Source: Halanaerobiales bacterium (GTDB taxonomy: Bacteria > Bacillota > Halanaerobiia > DY22613). Taken from it: DNA of 64,000 nt. The notes under the pieces are model-generated. The model was given only the letters and a program-made list of their open reading frames with translations. It ran no database searches and was not told where the DNA came from. The stretch is taken from positions 1,897 through 65,896 of the forward strand of contig DAOVRZ010000016.1 of NCBI GenBank assembly GCA_030627905.1, written 5' to 3'. Shown here in pieces: positions 40,664-50,616 of the stretch; the first letter of the stretch is position 1, and the number at the start of each line of letters is the position of its first letter. The position numbers and the translations under genes are program-made.

Positions 40664-41299
40664 TTATCAAGTGATGTTAAACAGGAAGATACTGAGATTG
40701 CAATTGTAGGTGTGGGTTGTATTAACGGTAGAGCAAATAATGTAGAAGAATATTGGAATACAATTAATCAATCTAACAAACTTTTTAGTACTTTTCCCGA
40801 GGGACGCTGGAATGAAGATGTAAATAAAATATTCTCGGATGCATTTAATGAAAAAGAAGTTTTGGGAAGTTTTATTGAGAATTTTGAATTTCCCTGGATG
40901 AAGTTTAGGATTCCGCCTAATGTTTTGGGACAGATTGACAATGGACAATTAATGGCAGCTGATGAAGCTATTGATGATTATGGTAAAGATAAATTGGTAC
41001 CTGCTAGAACGGCTGTATATGTTGGTGGTATGCAAGGTATGGAATCTAGTATTTTGGCTAATCTACGTATTCGTCAAGAAGAGTATGTTCAAATTTTGAA
41101 GAATATGCCTGAATTTAAGAATTTAGATTCTAAGACACAGGAGTCAATAATCTCAGATCTACAGAGTCAAATTCGTCAGTATATACCTAAGATAGAAGAA
41201 GATACATTGCCTGGTTTTATGGATAATATTGTTGCTGGAAGAATTGCTAATTATTTTAATGTGCATGGAGTAAATATGTTTATAGATTCTTCTTTGTGA
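40664..41299 (+). pseudogene. Second KS-like (CLF-like) domain, N-terminal ~210 codons only
   Basis: In the same frame as the upstream KS, separated only by TAA (40661-40663). EIAIVGVGCINGRANNVEEYW is a KS N-terminal motif. Ends FIDSSL* at the active-site position. Confidence 0.7.
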
Positions 41300-44108
41300 G
41301 AGTATAGGAATTAAAGCTGATCTTTATTTAGGTCATAGTCTTGGTGAAATTCCAGCTTTAGCAGCTAGTGGAGTGTTATCATTTGAAGACGGATTTCGGA
41401 CTACATATTATCGTGCCATGGCATTGAACCAAATTGAAGGAAAAAAACGTGGTGGTATGATTAGTATTTCTACTACTCAGGATGATCCTGTTCTGCGAAA
41501 AGTATTTGCTGGTGTATCTGATTATTATACAATTAGTCTGGTAAATGCTCCAGATCAAATAGTTGTTTCTGGTGATTTAAAAGCTATTAGAGAAATTGAA
41601 AAGCATTGCGAGGAAGAAAAAATTGGAGGTCGTGTTTTACCTGTGTCTCATGCTTTTCATTCTGAATTGTTAAGACCAGCACTTGCATATTTTGAAGAGA
41701 AGCTTAAATTAAATACTTGGAATGCTCCTAAAGTTTCAGTATTATCAACTATAAATGGTCAGATTTATGATAAGGACTTTATCCTTTCTGGTAAGATGCC
41801 AGCTTTTCTAGCCAGTCAATTAGTTACGCCATTTAGTTTTATGGATACTATAAAAAAGATCTTTAAAGATTTTAAGATCCGTATTTATATTGAAGTGGGT
41901 CCAAGAGATATCCTGACCAAATTGGTTAAGAAAATTTTAGATGATGAAGAGATTATTAGTATTTGTTCAAATAAGCCTTCTTTAGGAGATTTGGTTTCCT
42001 TTGATAGATTAAAAGCATATTTAAAGGTTCATAAAGTTATTATGAAAGGGAGAGAAGATATGAGCAGTATTATTTCAGTTAAAACAGATGCAGATCTTTT
42101 GAAAGATGAACTATTACGTATCGCCAATAGATATACTGGTTATCCTCATTCAGTTATTGATTTTGATAAAACCTTGCATATGGGTTTGGCAATTAATAGT
42201 TTTACATTGTCAGATATTGTTTCACATATTCGAAAAGAATATGAATTATCAGAAGATGAATTAAGCAATGTAAAAGAGATTACTTTAAGGGAAATTTTTG
42301 AAATAATTACAGAGAAAAAAGGTATTTCTATTGAAGTAGCTCCTGCATTAGAATCTAAAAAAGTAGAGGCAAATATAAGCCATGATGAAGTATCAGAAAC
42401 AGTATATGAGATAATTCAGGCAAAGACAGGCTATCCAGCAGATATGTTGGAAGGAGATTTTGATTTAGAAGCAGATTTAGGGATAGACTCAGTAAAACAA
42501 GCAGAAATTATTGGTCAGGTACGTGAAAAGTATGTATTTGAACAGCGTGAAGATATCAATATTAAAGATTTAAATACAATTAACAAGATTATAGAATTTA
42601 CCATGGGACAGGTTAATAACAATGTTGAGAGGGAGACTTCTTTTATTGAGAAGGAAAAACTTGATCCCAAAAAAGTGATAGAAGAGCTTTATACTGGTGA
42701 GGATAAAACTTTAAGGTATGTATCAGTAACCATGGAGAAAGTTTATGACGAAACTAAAGGGAAACCATTTAAGTTAGAAGGTAAAAACTTTGTCATTGTA
42801 GAAGACCAGCTAGATGGTAATTTAACTAAAGAATTAGTAAAACTTTTACAAGAGAAAAATGTTAAGGTATGCGTTGTTGCCGATAGTTCTAATACTTATG
42901 AAGTACCTACAGTTCAGATTAACTGGTCAGATGATGGCGAAATTGGTTCTGGTTTATTGAGAACATTCCAGGAAGCTAAGAATATCTTGAATGTGGTTCA
43001 TGGTATGATTAACTTATATTCTTTAAAAGAAATCTCTATGAGTAAACTTACACCAGAGGAATGGAGTATTGAAACGGAAAAGAATTTCCGGGTTCAATTC
43101 TTTGCAAGTAAGGTATTTTATTCTGATTGGGAAAAATCAGAACTTGAGTGTGGATGTTTTGGAGCAACCAATATTGGTGGAGTTTTTGGACTTGAAAGTT
43201 CTACAAGTGATAACCCTATGGGTGCTTTGCTGGCTGGATTTTTTAAGAGCCTTCAAAAAGAACTAGATGTAACTGCAAAAATTGTTGATTTTACGATATT
43301 GGATTCTCCAGCAGATGTTGCAAAAATACTGATAAAAGAGTTTAGTTTGAATGAGAATTTAATTGAGATTGGATACACAGAAAGAAGAAGAAAGACGATT
43401 CAGGTAATCCCTAAGAAATTAGATATTAAGGAACAATCTAAGGCTCTTGATATTGATGATAACAGTGTAATCATCGTATCGGGTGGGGGTAGGGGTATTA
43501 TTTATGAATGTGTTAAAGGATTAGCAAAATTGCATAATCCACATATTATTATAACAGGTCGTACTTCTATCCCTACTTGGGATGAAGATTGGATTAAGAT
43601 GAGTGAAGAGGAATTTGTTCAGTACAGAATTGAATTTCTTAAGAAAATGAAAAGAGAAAATCCAAAGGCAACACCGATTTTAATTGAAAGAGAATATGTT
43701 AAACTAGCTCGTGCAAGAAAACTGTATTCTAACTTATATGACTTGCAACAGCAAAATTATAAAGTTTCTTATGTTGCGTGTGATGTTGCAGATAGAGAAG
43801 CAGTAAAAATATTGATTAAGGATATCAAGAAAAAGTACGGAAAAATAGATGGTATTGTTCATGGAGCAGGTTTAGAATCTTTTGGATCTATACCTAAAAA
43901 ACCAGTTCAACACACTTTAAATGTTGTTAGAGTGAAAGTTAACGGAATGTATAACTTATATAATGAGATTAAAGATGACTCTATCAAATTTTTTATAAAC
44001 TTTGGTTCTATATCAGGACGTTTTGGAATGGATGGACTGCATGGGGAGAAGTTGGAATGGCTGCAATTGAAGATGTCCGCCGTGTTCAGGAAGGGCAACG
44101 TGGTCTAA
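41286..44108 (+). pseudogene. PKS fragment: AT (C-terminal part from GHSLGE)-ACP-like-ACP-KR
   Basis: GIKADLYLGHSLGE, VSHAFHS (AT). HMGLAINSF (degenerate ACP). DLEADLGIDSVKQAEI (ACP). VSGGGRGIIYE...CDVADRE...IVHGAGL...GSISGRFG (KR). The frame is lost after GRFGMDG. Confidence 0.75.
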
Positions 44109-44719
44109 CTTATTTGAGTGTAGCTGAAGGTGTTCAGAAATTTATGAGAGAACTAATTTTTGATGCTGGATGTCCAGAAGTATTAATTTTCGGTAGTTTA
44201 GGTACAAATAGTCCACTAGGCCAACTTGATTTTTTAGATCAAGAGAGAAAAGAAGTTGTTGCAATCTATAAGGAAGATGGAATGATCAGTGATCGTACGA
44301 GAAATAATTTGCTTGAAAGGGTAACCAAATTCGAAGAAGGTAAATCTATGATAGTAACGAATGAAATTCATTTAGATGAGGATCTTTTCTTGTTAGATCA
44401 TAGGGTAGATGGAGACTATGTATATCCTGGAGTATTACATGTGGAAACTTTCCTACAACTTGCTAGAACTATGGTGGAAAAAATAGGGAATAAATTACCT
44501 TTAACAAAACTATATGACGTTAATTTCATGAAATTTATTAAACATTTTGAAAAAAATCCACTAATTCTTAGAGCGATTGGTACTTATGAGAAGATAACTC
44601 CTACAGAAATTGAAATTAGCACAAAATTAAAGTCAGATTTCACTAACTCAAAAGGTGTAGTTTTAGAAAAGATAGAGTACACTCAAATGGTAGAGTTCTT
44701 TTCAGTACAGAGAAAGTAG
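44039..44719 (+). pseudogene. PKS fragment: KR C-terminal end plus first half of the DH hot-dog
   Basis: AWGEVGMAAIE (KR tail), then LLDHRVDGDYVYPGV (DH HxxxGxxxxP motif). Different frame from the upstream KR. Confidence 0.7.
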
Positions 44720-45225
44720 ATGTTCCTAAACCTTCTATTCAGTTGAATGGGGTATTAGAAAAATCAATACCAATGGATCTTGATAAATTCTATACTCAAG
44801 CAGAAAAGTTCATTTACTTTGGACCAGCTTTCTTACACATTACTTATGCAGGTTATGTTGGTAAAAATGAGGCTATTATTGAAGCGATTGTTCCAGATAA
44901 CCATGGTATTTTTGCCCATACTTTATTCCCTGAAACTATTATTTCACCAATACTTTTGGATAATGCATGCCGAAATACAATTTTATTAGATTATCATCAG
45001 GACGGATATATTTGTGTTCCAAGAAAAATTACCGAAAGTATTCTATACCGTCCTTTTGTGAAACACGAGAAAGTATATGCATATACAAAGTTGCTGGAGC
45101 AAGAGGGTGATCTTGTACACTTTGATATTGAAATTATTGATGCAAATAATCTTTTATGTATGGTTATCCGTGATTTAGTTATGGTTAGGATTGACAAAGA
45201 TAATGATGATTTCGAGCTGTTATAG
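44660..45225 (+). pseudogene. PKS fragment: second half of the DH domain (frameshifted)
   Basis: The frame continues ...RVHSNGRVLFSTEKVDVPKP..., then ISPILLDNACRN (DxxxQ/H-like). The shift lies in the A-run near 44668. Confidence 0.65.
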
Positions 45226-45281
45226 GAATACAAGGTAAAATGCACTCTATCATTGAAGAATGAAATACGTAATTATAAATG

Positions 45282-45316
45282 AAACCCCTATAAATAATAT
45301 TATTTATAGGGGTTTT
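45282..45316. terminator. Bidirectional terminator between the PKS island and the replication operon
   Basis: aaacccctataaataa ta ttatttataggggttt, flanked by A/T tracts. Confidence 0.8.
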
Positions 45317-45319
45317 ATT

Positions 45320-45493
45320 CTACTTAAATATTTTCATAAGCCTTTCTTCAAAAAGTTCTGGTGGATAATCATTTAACCGATCAATTAAGTTAATCACTTT
45401 TTCAAGTTGTTCTTCTGTTATTAATCCATGTTCATAAAGGGCTAAATAAGCTTCAGTAAAGTGTATGCAAAATTTCAATTCATTTTCATTCAC
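45320..45493 (-). CDS. Small 57-aa ORF, translationally coupled to the helicase gene
   Basis: The GTG at 45493-45491 overlaps the helicase stop (GGTGAATGA). Reads VNENELKFCIHFTEAYLALYEHGLITEEQLEKVINLIDRLNDYPPELFEERLMKIFK*. Ends just before the terminator. Below the ORF-track length cut-off. Confidence 0.4.
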   Translation of the reverse strand: MNENELKFCIHFTEAYLALYEHGLITEEQLEKVINLIDRLNDYPPELFEERLMKIFK

Positions 45494-46886
45494 CTGGCAT
45501 CATTCCTTCATAAGAGAGATTTTCTGGATCCAGGAAACGAGTATATTCGCCTTCAAAGAGGAGGGTAGCAGCCCCTGTAGAGCCAGTCCTTGATTTTGCT
45601 ATAATTACTTCAGCATGGTTCTCAGTTCCTTCTTCTCGGGCTTTTTCTCGAGCACCAATACTAGTGTGTGCATGACGATAAAGGAACATTACACTATCTG
45701 CAACCTCCTCGATATTTCCTGAATCACGAAGGTCAGATAGAACAGGACGTTTATCTTGTCTAGAAGCAAAGCTACGGCTAATTTGAGAAAGAAGGATGAT
45801 GGGACATTCTAATTCAGAAGCTAAGTTACGCAATTGTACGACCAATTGACCAACTTGTCTGGCTGTAGATTCGTTCTTATTGGCTTCTGATAGTGAGATT
45901 AATTGTAAATAGTCTATGATTACAAGAGATAATTTATCCATCTCTGATTTGAATTTACGCAGACGGGCGCGAATTTGAGAAAAATTTATGCCCCTTTCGT
46001 CAGAGATTAGCAGTGGTAAACTATGAAGTCGATCAAGGGCTTGAGAGATACGTTGATCTTCTTCATCGTTAGTTTCGCCTTGAGCGAATTTCCAACCATG
46101 TACCGAAGCTTCACTGATTATCATCCGATCGATAATCTCAACTGCATCCATCTCCAGACTGATTATGCCAACAGATTCTTTACGTTTTAAAATATTTTGA
46201 GCAATATTTAGAGCAAAAGTAGTTTTTCCCATAGAAGTACCAGCAGCAACGATGTTTAAATGTCCTTTTTTAAAGCCTCCAATTAGCTTATCAAGGGTCA
46301 TAAAACCTGTTCTAAGGCCAGCATCAACTTCGCCATGTTTTCGATTTATATAGGCCTCAAAGGCCTCTAAAAGTGCTTCGTCCATAGTGTAAACGTGTTT
46401 ATTTACATCTGCAATTTCTGTAGTTGCTTTAAAAATTACTTCTTGAGCCTTAGTCTGGTATTGATCTATTGTTAAATTTTCTTCCTGAACCGTTTTTTCA
46501 ATTATTTGAGCTGCTTTGATTAATTGATTTTTATGATAATGGGTTTTGATCAATTCAACAGTAGGTTCTAATTCAGAAAGGGAAGCATAACCACTGGTTA
46601 ATTCTTCAATCAGCTCATCAGGATCATTGAAGATCCCTTCTTTTTTTAGCTGAATGTAGAGTTTGGTTCTTGAAAGGCGACCATTAGCTCGATATTGTTC
46701 TAATAACATCTCATATATTATTTTGGTGCGAGAGTTGGTGAAATGCTCAGGTTTTAGAGAGTCTGCAAGTTCATCAAATTTTTCAGGGTGTTGAAGGAGA
46801 ATTCCAAGGATCTGGAATTCTTGACGATGGATATCCAACTTTAATTGTAAATTATTTTTTGGTAGTTGAGATTTTTCAATCGCCAT
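45486..46886 (-). CDS. dnaB: Replicative DNA helicase (DnaB family; divergent)
   Basis: RecA-like core: AAGTSMGKTTFALNIAQN (Walker A), VIIDYLQLI (Walker B), LSQISRS...DKRPVLSDLRDSGNIEEVADSVMFL. The N-terminal domain is less canonical. Confidence 0.85.
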   Translation of the reverse strand: MAIEKSQLPKNNLQLKLDIHRQEFQILGILLQHPEKFDELADSLKPEHFTNSRTKIIYEMLLEQYRANGRLSRTKLYIQLKKEGIFNDPDELIEELTSGYASLSELEPTVELIKTHYHKNQLIKAAQIIEKTVQEENLTIDQYQTKAQEVIFKATTEIADVNKHVYTMDEALLEAFEAYINRKHGEVDAGLRTGFMTLDKLIGGFKKGHLNIVAAGTSMGKTTFALNIAQNILKRKESVGIISLEMDAVEIIDRMIISEASVHGWKFAQGETNDEEDQRISQALDRLHSLPLLISDERGINFSQIRARLRKFKSEMDKLSLVIIDYLQLISLSEANKNESTARQVGQLVVQLRNLASELECPIILLSQISRSFASRQDKRPVLSDLRDSGNIEEVADSVMFLYRHAHTSIGAREKAREEGTENHAEVIIAKSRTGSTGAATLLFEGEYTRFLDPENLSYEGMMPGE

Positions 46887-47926
46887 TATTGATCAGCTCC
46901 TCGTCTTGAAAAGACAATTTTATCACGTACATTTCCAACTAATTGAAAATAGCGGCAGGTTTCAATAATTCTATCAAAAATTCGTTCTCCCATAATGCTC
47001 ATACGATGAGATAGTTCATTAGAGCTAAAATTTGAAGTAATGATAAATGGGCGTTCTTCACGGTATCGTTTATCTATAATTTGATAGAGTATGGAACTAG
47101 TGAAATCGGTAATATATTCTGTTCCTAGATCATCAATTAAAAGGACAGGAACGTTTTGTAATTCCTTTAAAATTTCATCTGAATTAATCTGACTGTTAGA
47201 ATTGAAACTAGATTTAATGGTTTGAATTAAATCGCCATAGACTACATATTGAACTTCAATATCACGGTCAATTAGATAGTTGGTTATACATCCCAAGAGA
47301 TATGATTTACCGCTACCAACATGCCCATCAATAAAAAGACCACGCATGTTGGTATTTTCCTCGAAATTATAAGCAAATTTTTTTGCAGCATCAAAAACTA
47401 ACTCTGCGTTTTTTCGAATAGATCGTTTAGGTGAATTTTCCATTGGTTCTGTGGTGTAAAGGTTTAAATCTAAATTTTGAAAACTAGACATTTCTAACTT
47501 TTTGGATAATCCAGATCTATTTAGGAGAAATTCACGGCGATGTTTAAAAGTACAAGTACAAGGAAAACTTACTCCATTTTTGAGGATACGTCCTGTATCC
47601 ATGCATTGAGGACAATCCCATTTTGGCTCTTTAAAGTTAGTTGGAATAGTATAGTTTTCTAAAAGGCATTGGTATTTTTGCTCAAGAGCCTTAATTTCTT
47701 CTGCTAGATTATCTAGAGAATGGGTGGCGTTTTTGGTAGAATCAGATTTACTTAAGAGCTGTTGAACCTGTAATAAACGGTATTCTTTTTTTAGTTTCTG
47801 ACGATATTGATCTACCTCTTTTATATCAGGATATTTCTGGTAGATTGAATCTCGCGCTCTTTCTGCTTCAAGATATTTTTGTCTAACATTATCGTCATAT
47901 AGGTTTTTATTGAATTGAAAACCCAT
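46886..47926 (-). CDS. dnaI: DnaI/DnaC-type helicase loader (IstB-like AAA+ ATPase with N-terminal Zn-finger)
   Basis: CPQCMDTGRILKNGVSFPCTC, Walker A GHVGSGKSYL, Walker B VLLIDDLG. Confidence 0.8.
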   Translation of the reverse strand: MGFQFNKNLYDDNVRQKYLEAERARDSIYQKYPDIKEVDQYRQKLKKEYRLLQVQQLLSKSDSTKNATHSLDNLAEEIKALEQKYQCLLENYTIPTNFKEPKWDCPQCMDTGRILKNGVSFPCTCTFKHRREFLLNRSGLSKKLEMSSFQNLDLNLYTTEPMENSPKRSIRKNAELVFDAAKKFAYNFEENTNMRGLFIDGHVGSGKSYLLGCITNYLIDRDIEVQYVVYGDLIQTIKSSFNSNSQINSDEILKELQNVPVLLIDDLGTEYITDFTSSILYQIIDKRYREERPFIITSNFSSNELSHRMSIMGERIFDRIIETCRYFQLVGNVRDKIVFSRRGADQ

Positions 47927-47952
47927 TCAGATTTCCTCCATTCTTTGAGATA

Positions 47953-49110
47953 CTAATTTTCCCGAAAACGTGTATAATCTTTTCCAAGTTGCCATTTACT
48001 CTGGTCTGATTGATTATTTTTTTTAAGTTTGCTGTTTTTTGAAGGGGTTATTCCCCCTGATCGTTGTGTAAACTTCTTAGCTTCTTCCACTGATTTGGCC
48101 TTTAATTTTTTTAAAGGTTTAATATAATTATCTTCAATATATTTTAAAGAGGGGCGCCCATCACTTTTGCGCCTGATAGCTTCTTGAATAGCAAATCTTG
48201 CTACACTAGCGCTGAGGGCAAAATCATCTTTTGACTCAGCATTAATCCAATTATATATAGTTTTCCAGTGAGTACGTGTCATCTGTTTTTTGTGTTCAAT
48301 TCCAAACTCTTCAATGAGAGCGCGAGTTTCCCGATATAGCTTGTCTGACTCTTTTAGACTTTCGATAGTAAAGATTTGTTCAGCAATCCAGTCATTGGCG
48401 ATTTTTCGCATATAAGCCTGGCAATTTAATTCTGAATCTTTCTGCCTTGCTTCATCTGTGCGTCGGACTAATTCTTTAACGACTTCCTTCTCAAAGGTTT
48501 TAAACCAATAGTCGACTTCTTGACGGAATCCATAATTTAGATTCTGTGCTGGAATCATTTGAGAGATAGCTCTGACTAGATCTTCTTCAGAGAAGACTTT
48601 TTGTTGTAAAATATAAGAAATAGCTTCATTTTCTCTATTTGAAACTTGTTTAGGCGCTGATTCGATAGGTTGAGATATTTGACTTAGGTTCGATGTTGAG
48701 GACTCGGTTTTTTCTGAAATTTTTGGAGGTCTAGCTAAAATTATGCTATAATTATTTTGATCTTCTGTAATTTCTATAAGTTGAATATAGCCACGATTAT
48801 CTAACATTTTTAATGTGAGTTCTATATCAATCGGAGTCCGAGGAACAAATTCTGCAATCTTTTCTGGAGTTATCGTTAGTGAAAAATCTGCACCAACATG
48901 GGTTAGAATATAAAGATAAACAGAAAGTAGACTATCAGGAAGTTCTTTCAAAAGTCCTGCATCTATGGCCTCTTTGGTTAGCATTACAGATTGATTAATT
49001 TGGGTAGAATGATTGCCATTTTCATCTAAAATCAACTCTTGAGTACGATAGATTTTAAGTTGTTTATACGAATTCATTTTTATCACCACTTCATAAATGT
49101 TCTGATTCAT
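47953..49110 (-). CDS. DnaD/DnaB(Bsu)-family replication initiation and membrane attachment protein
   Basis: DDBH2-type motif YMRKIANDW (YxxxIxxxW). First gene of the operon with the loader and helicase. Confidence 0.7.
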   Translation of the reverse strand: MNQNIYEVVIKMNSYKQLKIYRTQELILDENGNHSTQINQSVMLTKEAIDAGLLKELPDSLLSVYLYILTHVGADFSLTITPEKIAEFVPRTPIDIELTLKMLDNRGYIQLIEITEDQNNYSIILARPPKISEKTESSTSNLSQISQPIESAPKQVSNRENEAISYILQQKVFSEEDLVRAISQMIPAQNLNYGFRQEVDYWFKTFEKEVVKELVRRTDEARQKDSELNCQAYMRKIANDWIAEQIFTIESLKESDKLYRETRALIEEFGIEHKKQMTRTHWKTIYNWINAESKDDFALSASVARFAIQEAIRRKSDGRPSLKYIEDNYIKPLKKLKAKSVEEAKKFTQRSGGITPSKNSKLKKNNQSDQSKWQLGKDYTRFREN

Positions 49111-49254
49111 ATAAAGTTCTGTTTTTCTTCTTAGATTCCTTCATTCAAAAAATGCTAAAAAGAAAGAGATGTTGATTGAATTATAAGTCAAATAATGGTA
49201 CACTAAGTATAGGACGGCATTAAAGGTATTTTAATGATTAAAAGGAGGAAGATT

Positions 49255-50331
49255 ATGACTTTTCAAGAGATACAAAAACTGCGCGAAGAGTTAGATGTAA
49301 TAAATAAACAGCTATTAAAGTTGTTAAATCGACGGGCTGAAGTTGTACAAAAAGTTGGGCAAATTAAAAAGGAAAATAATCTACCGATCTATGATCCAGA
49401 ACGAGAACAAGTTATGTATGCAAAGATTGTGGCTAACAATACAGGTCCATTTTCTGACGAAACGATTGAGCATCTCTTTAAAGAGATTGCAAAAGCTTCT
49501 ACTAAACTTCAAGAGAAGCAAAAAGAAAAACAACTCTTAGTTAGTCGTGAAATGCGTAAAGAAGATACAAAGGTGATTGTTGGAGATTTAGTGATCGGTG
49601 GAGAAAAGCCAGTTATTATGGCTGGCCCGTGTGCAGTAGAAAGTATGGAACAGATGATGCAAACTGCTGAAAAATTGAGTGATATGGGCGTAGGAATCTT
49701 ACGAGGAGGAGCTTTTAAACCCAGAACATCACCTTATAGTTTTCAAGGTTTAGGTCAAGAAGGTTTAAGAATCATGCGTGTGGTGGCAGATAATTTTGGA
49801 TTAAAAGTTATCTCTGAGGTTATGAGTGCTAAACAATTAGAATTAGCAGAAGAATTTATTGATATTATTCAGGTTGGAGCTCGTAATATGCAGAATTTTG
49901 AACTGCTAAAAGAGGTAGGTTTATCAAAAAAACCTGTCTTTTTAAAGCGCGGTTTGATGTCCACTTTAGAAGAATTTGTTCTTGCTGCTGAATATATATA
50001 TGCTCGAGGTAATACACAGATTATTCTTTGTGAACGGGGAATTAGAACCTTTGAACAATGGACAAGAAATACTCTTGATCTATCAGCAGTTCCTATTTTA
50101 AAACTTAAAACTCACTTACCAGTGGTAGTTGATGTGAGTCATTCAACGGGTCGAAAAGATATTATTGTACCAATCTCGAAAGCAGCTTTAGCAGTGGGGG
50201 CAGATGGATTGATGGTTGAGGTGCATAATAATCCACAGCGGGCTCGTTCGGATGCACATCAACAGTTGTGTTTGGAAGAGTTTGAAATGCTGATGGAGAG
50301 TTTGGGTTTGATGGAGAAAGCTAAAATATAA
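49255..50331 (+). CDS. Bifunctional chorismate mutase / 3-deoxy-7-phosphoheptulonate (DAHP) synthase, AroA(G) type
   Basis: N-terminal CM (LREELDVINKQLLKLLNRRAEV) plus a KDSA-like DAHP synthase (AGPCAVES, GAFKPRTSPYSFQGLG). The ATG at 49255 follows AAGGAGG. Confidence 0.9.
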   Translation: MTFQEIQKLREELDVINKQLLKLLNRRAEVVQKVGQIKKENNLPIYDPEREQVMYAKIVANNTGPFSDETIEHLFKEIAKASTKLQEKQKEKQLLVSREMRKEDTKVIVGDLVIGGEKPVIMAGPCAVESMEQMMQTAEKLSDMGVGILRGGAFKPRTSPYSFQGLGQEGLRIMRVVADNFGLKVISEVMSAKQLELAEEFIDIIQVGARNMQNFELLKEVGLSKKPVFLKRGLMSTLEEFVLAAEYIYARGNTQIILCERGIRTFEQWTRNTLDLSAVPILKLKTHLPVVVDVSHSTGRKDIIVPISKAALAVGADGLMVEVHNNPQRARSDAHQQLCLEEFEMLMESLGLMEKAKI

Positions 50332-50380
50332 TTAAGATGTAAGTTTTGTTTAAGGTGAAATTAAAATGCAAATATTACGT

Positions 50381-50456
50381 ACACACGAACATTGAACACA
50401 AAATTTCATTGATTATTCGAATTTTCCTTGACAATGTTTAATATTTTTAATATAAT
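50381..50456 (+). promoter_or_regulatory. PurR-type PurBox pair plus sigma-A promoter upstream of purB
   Basis: acacaCGAACatt (50381-50393) and inverted attaTTCGaatttt (50412-50425). Then TTGACA (50428-50433), 17 nt, TATAAT (50451-50456). Confidence 0.55.
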
Positions 50457-50616
50457 ACAAATTGGTTTTACAGGAATAGTTATTATACAAATTAATAAAA
50501 TCATCATAGTACAGTATGTAGTTTATTTGTAGCCTAAATAGAAACAAAACCTATTTGGGTTAATTTTACGTTTATAGGGTATCCTTTTTATAGTAAGAAA
50601 GACTGGAGGGATTGAG

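Noticed and set aside
45486-49110. Prophage interpretation of the helicase/loader/DnaD block
   Set aside because: No integrase, repressor, structural or lysis genes are adjacent, and the block is flanked by core metabolic genes on the right. A foreign origin remains possible but is not supported by what is visible here. It is kept only as an alternative in the corresponding finding.
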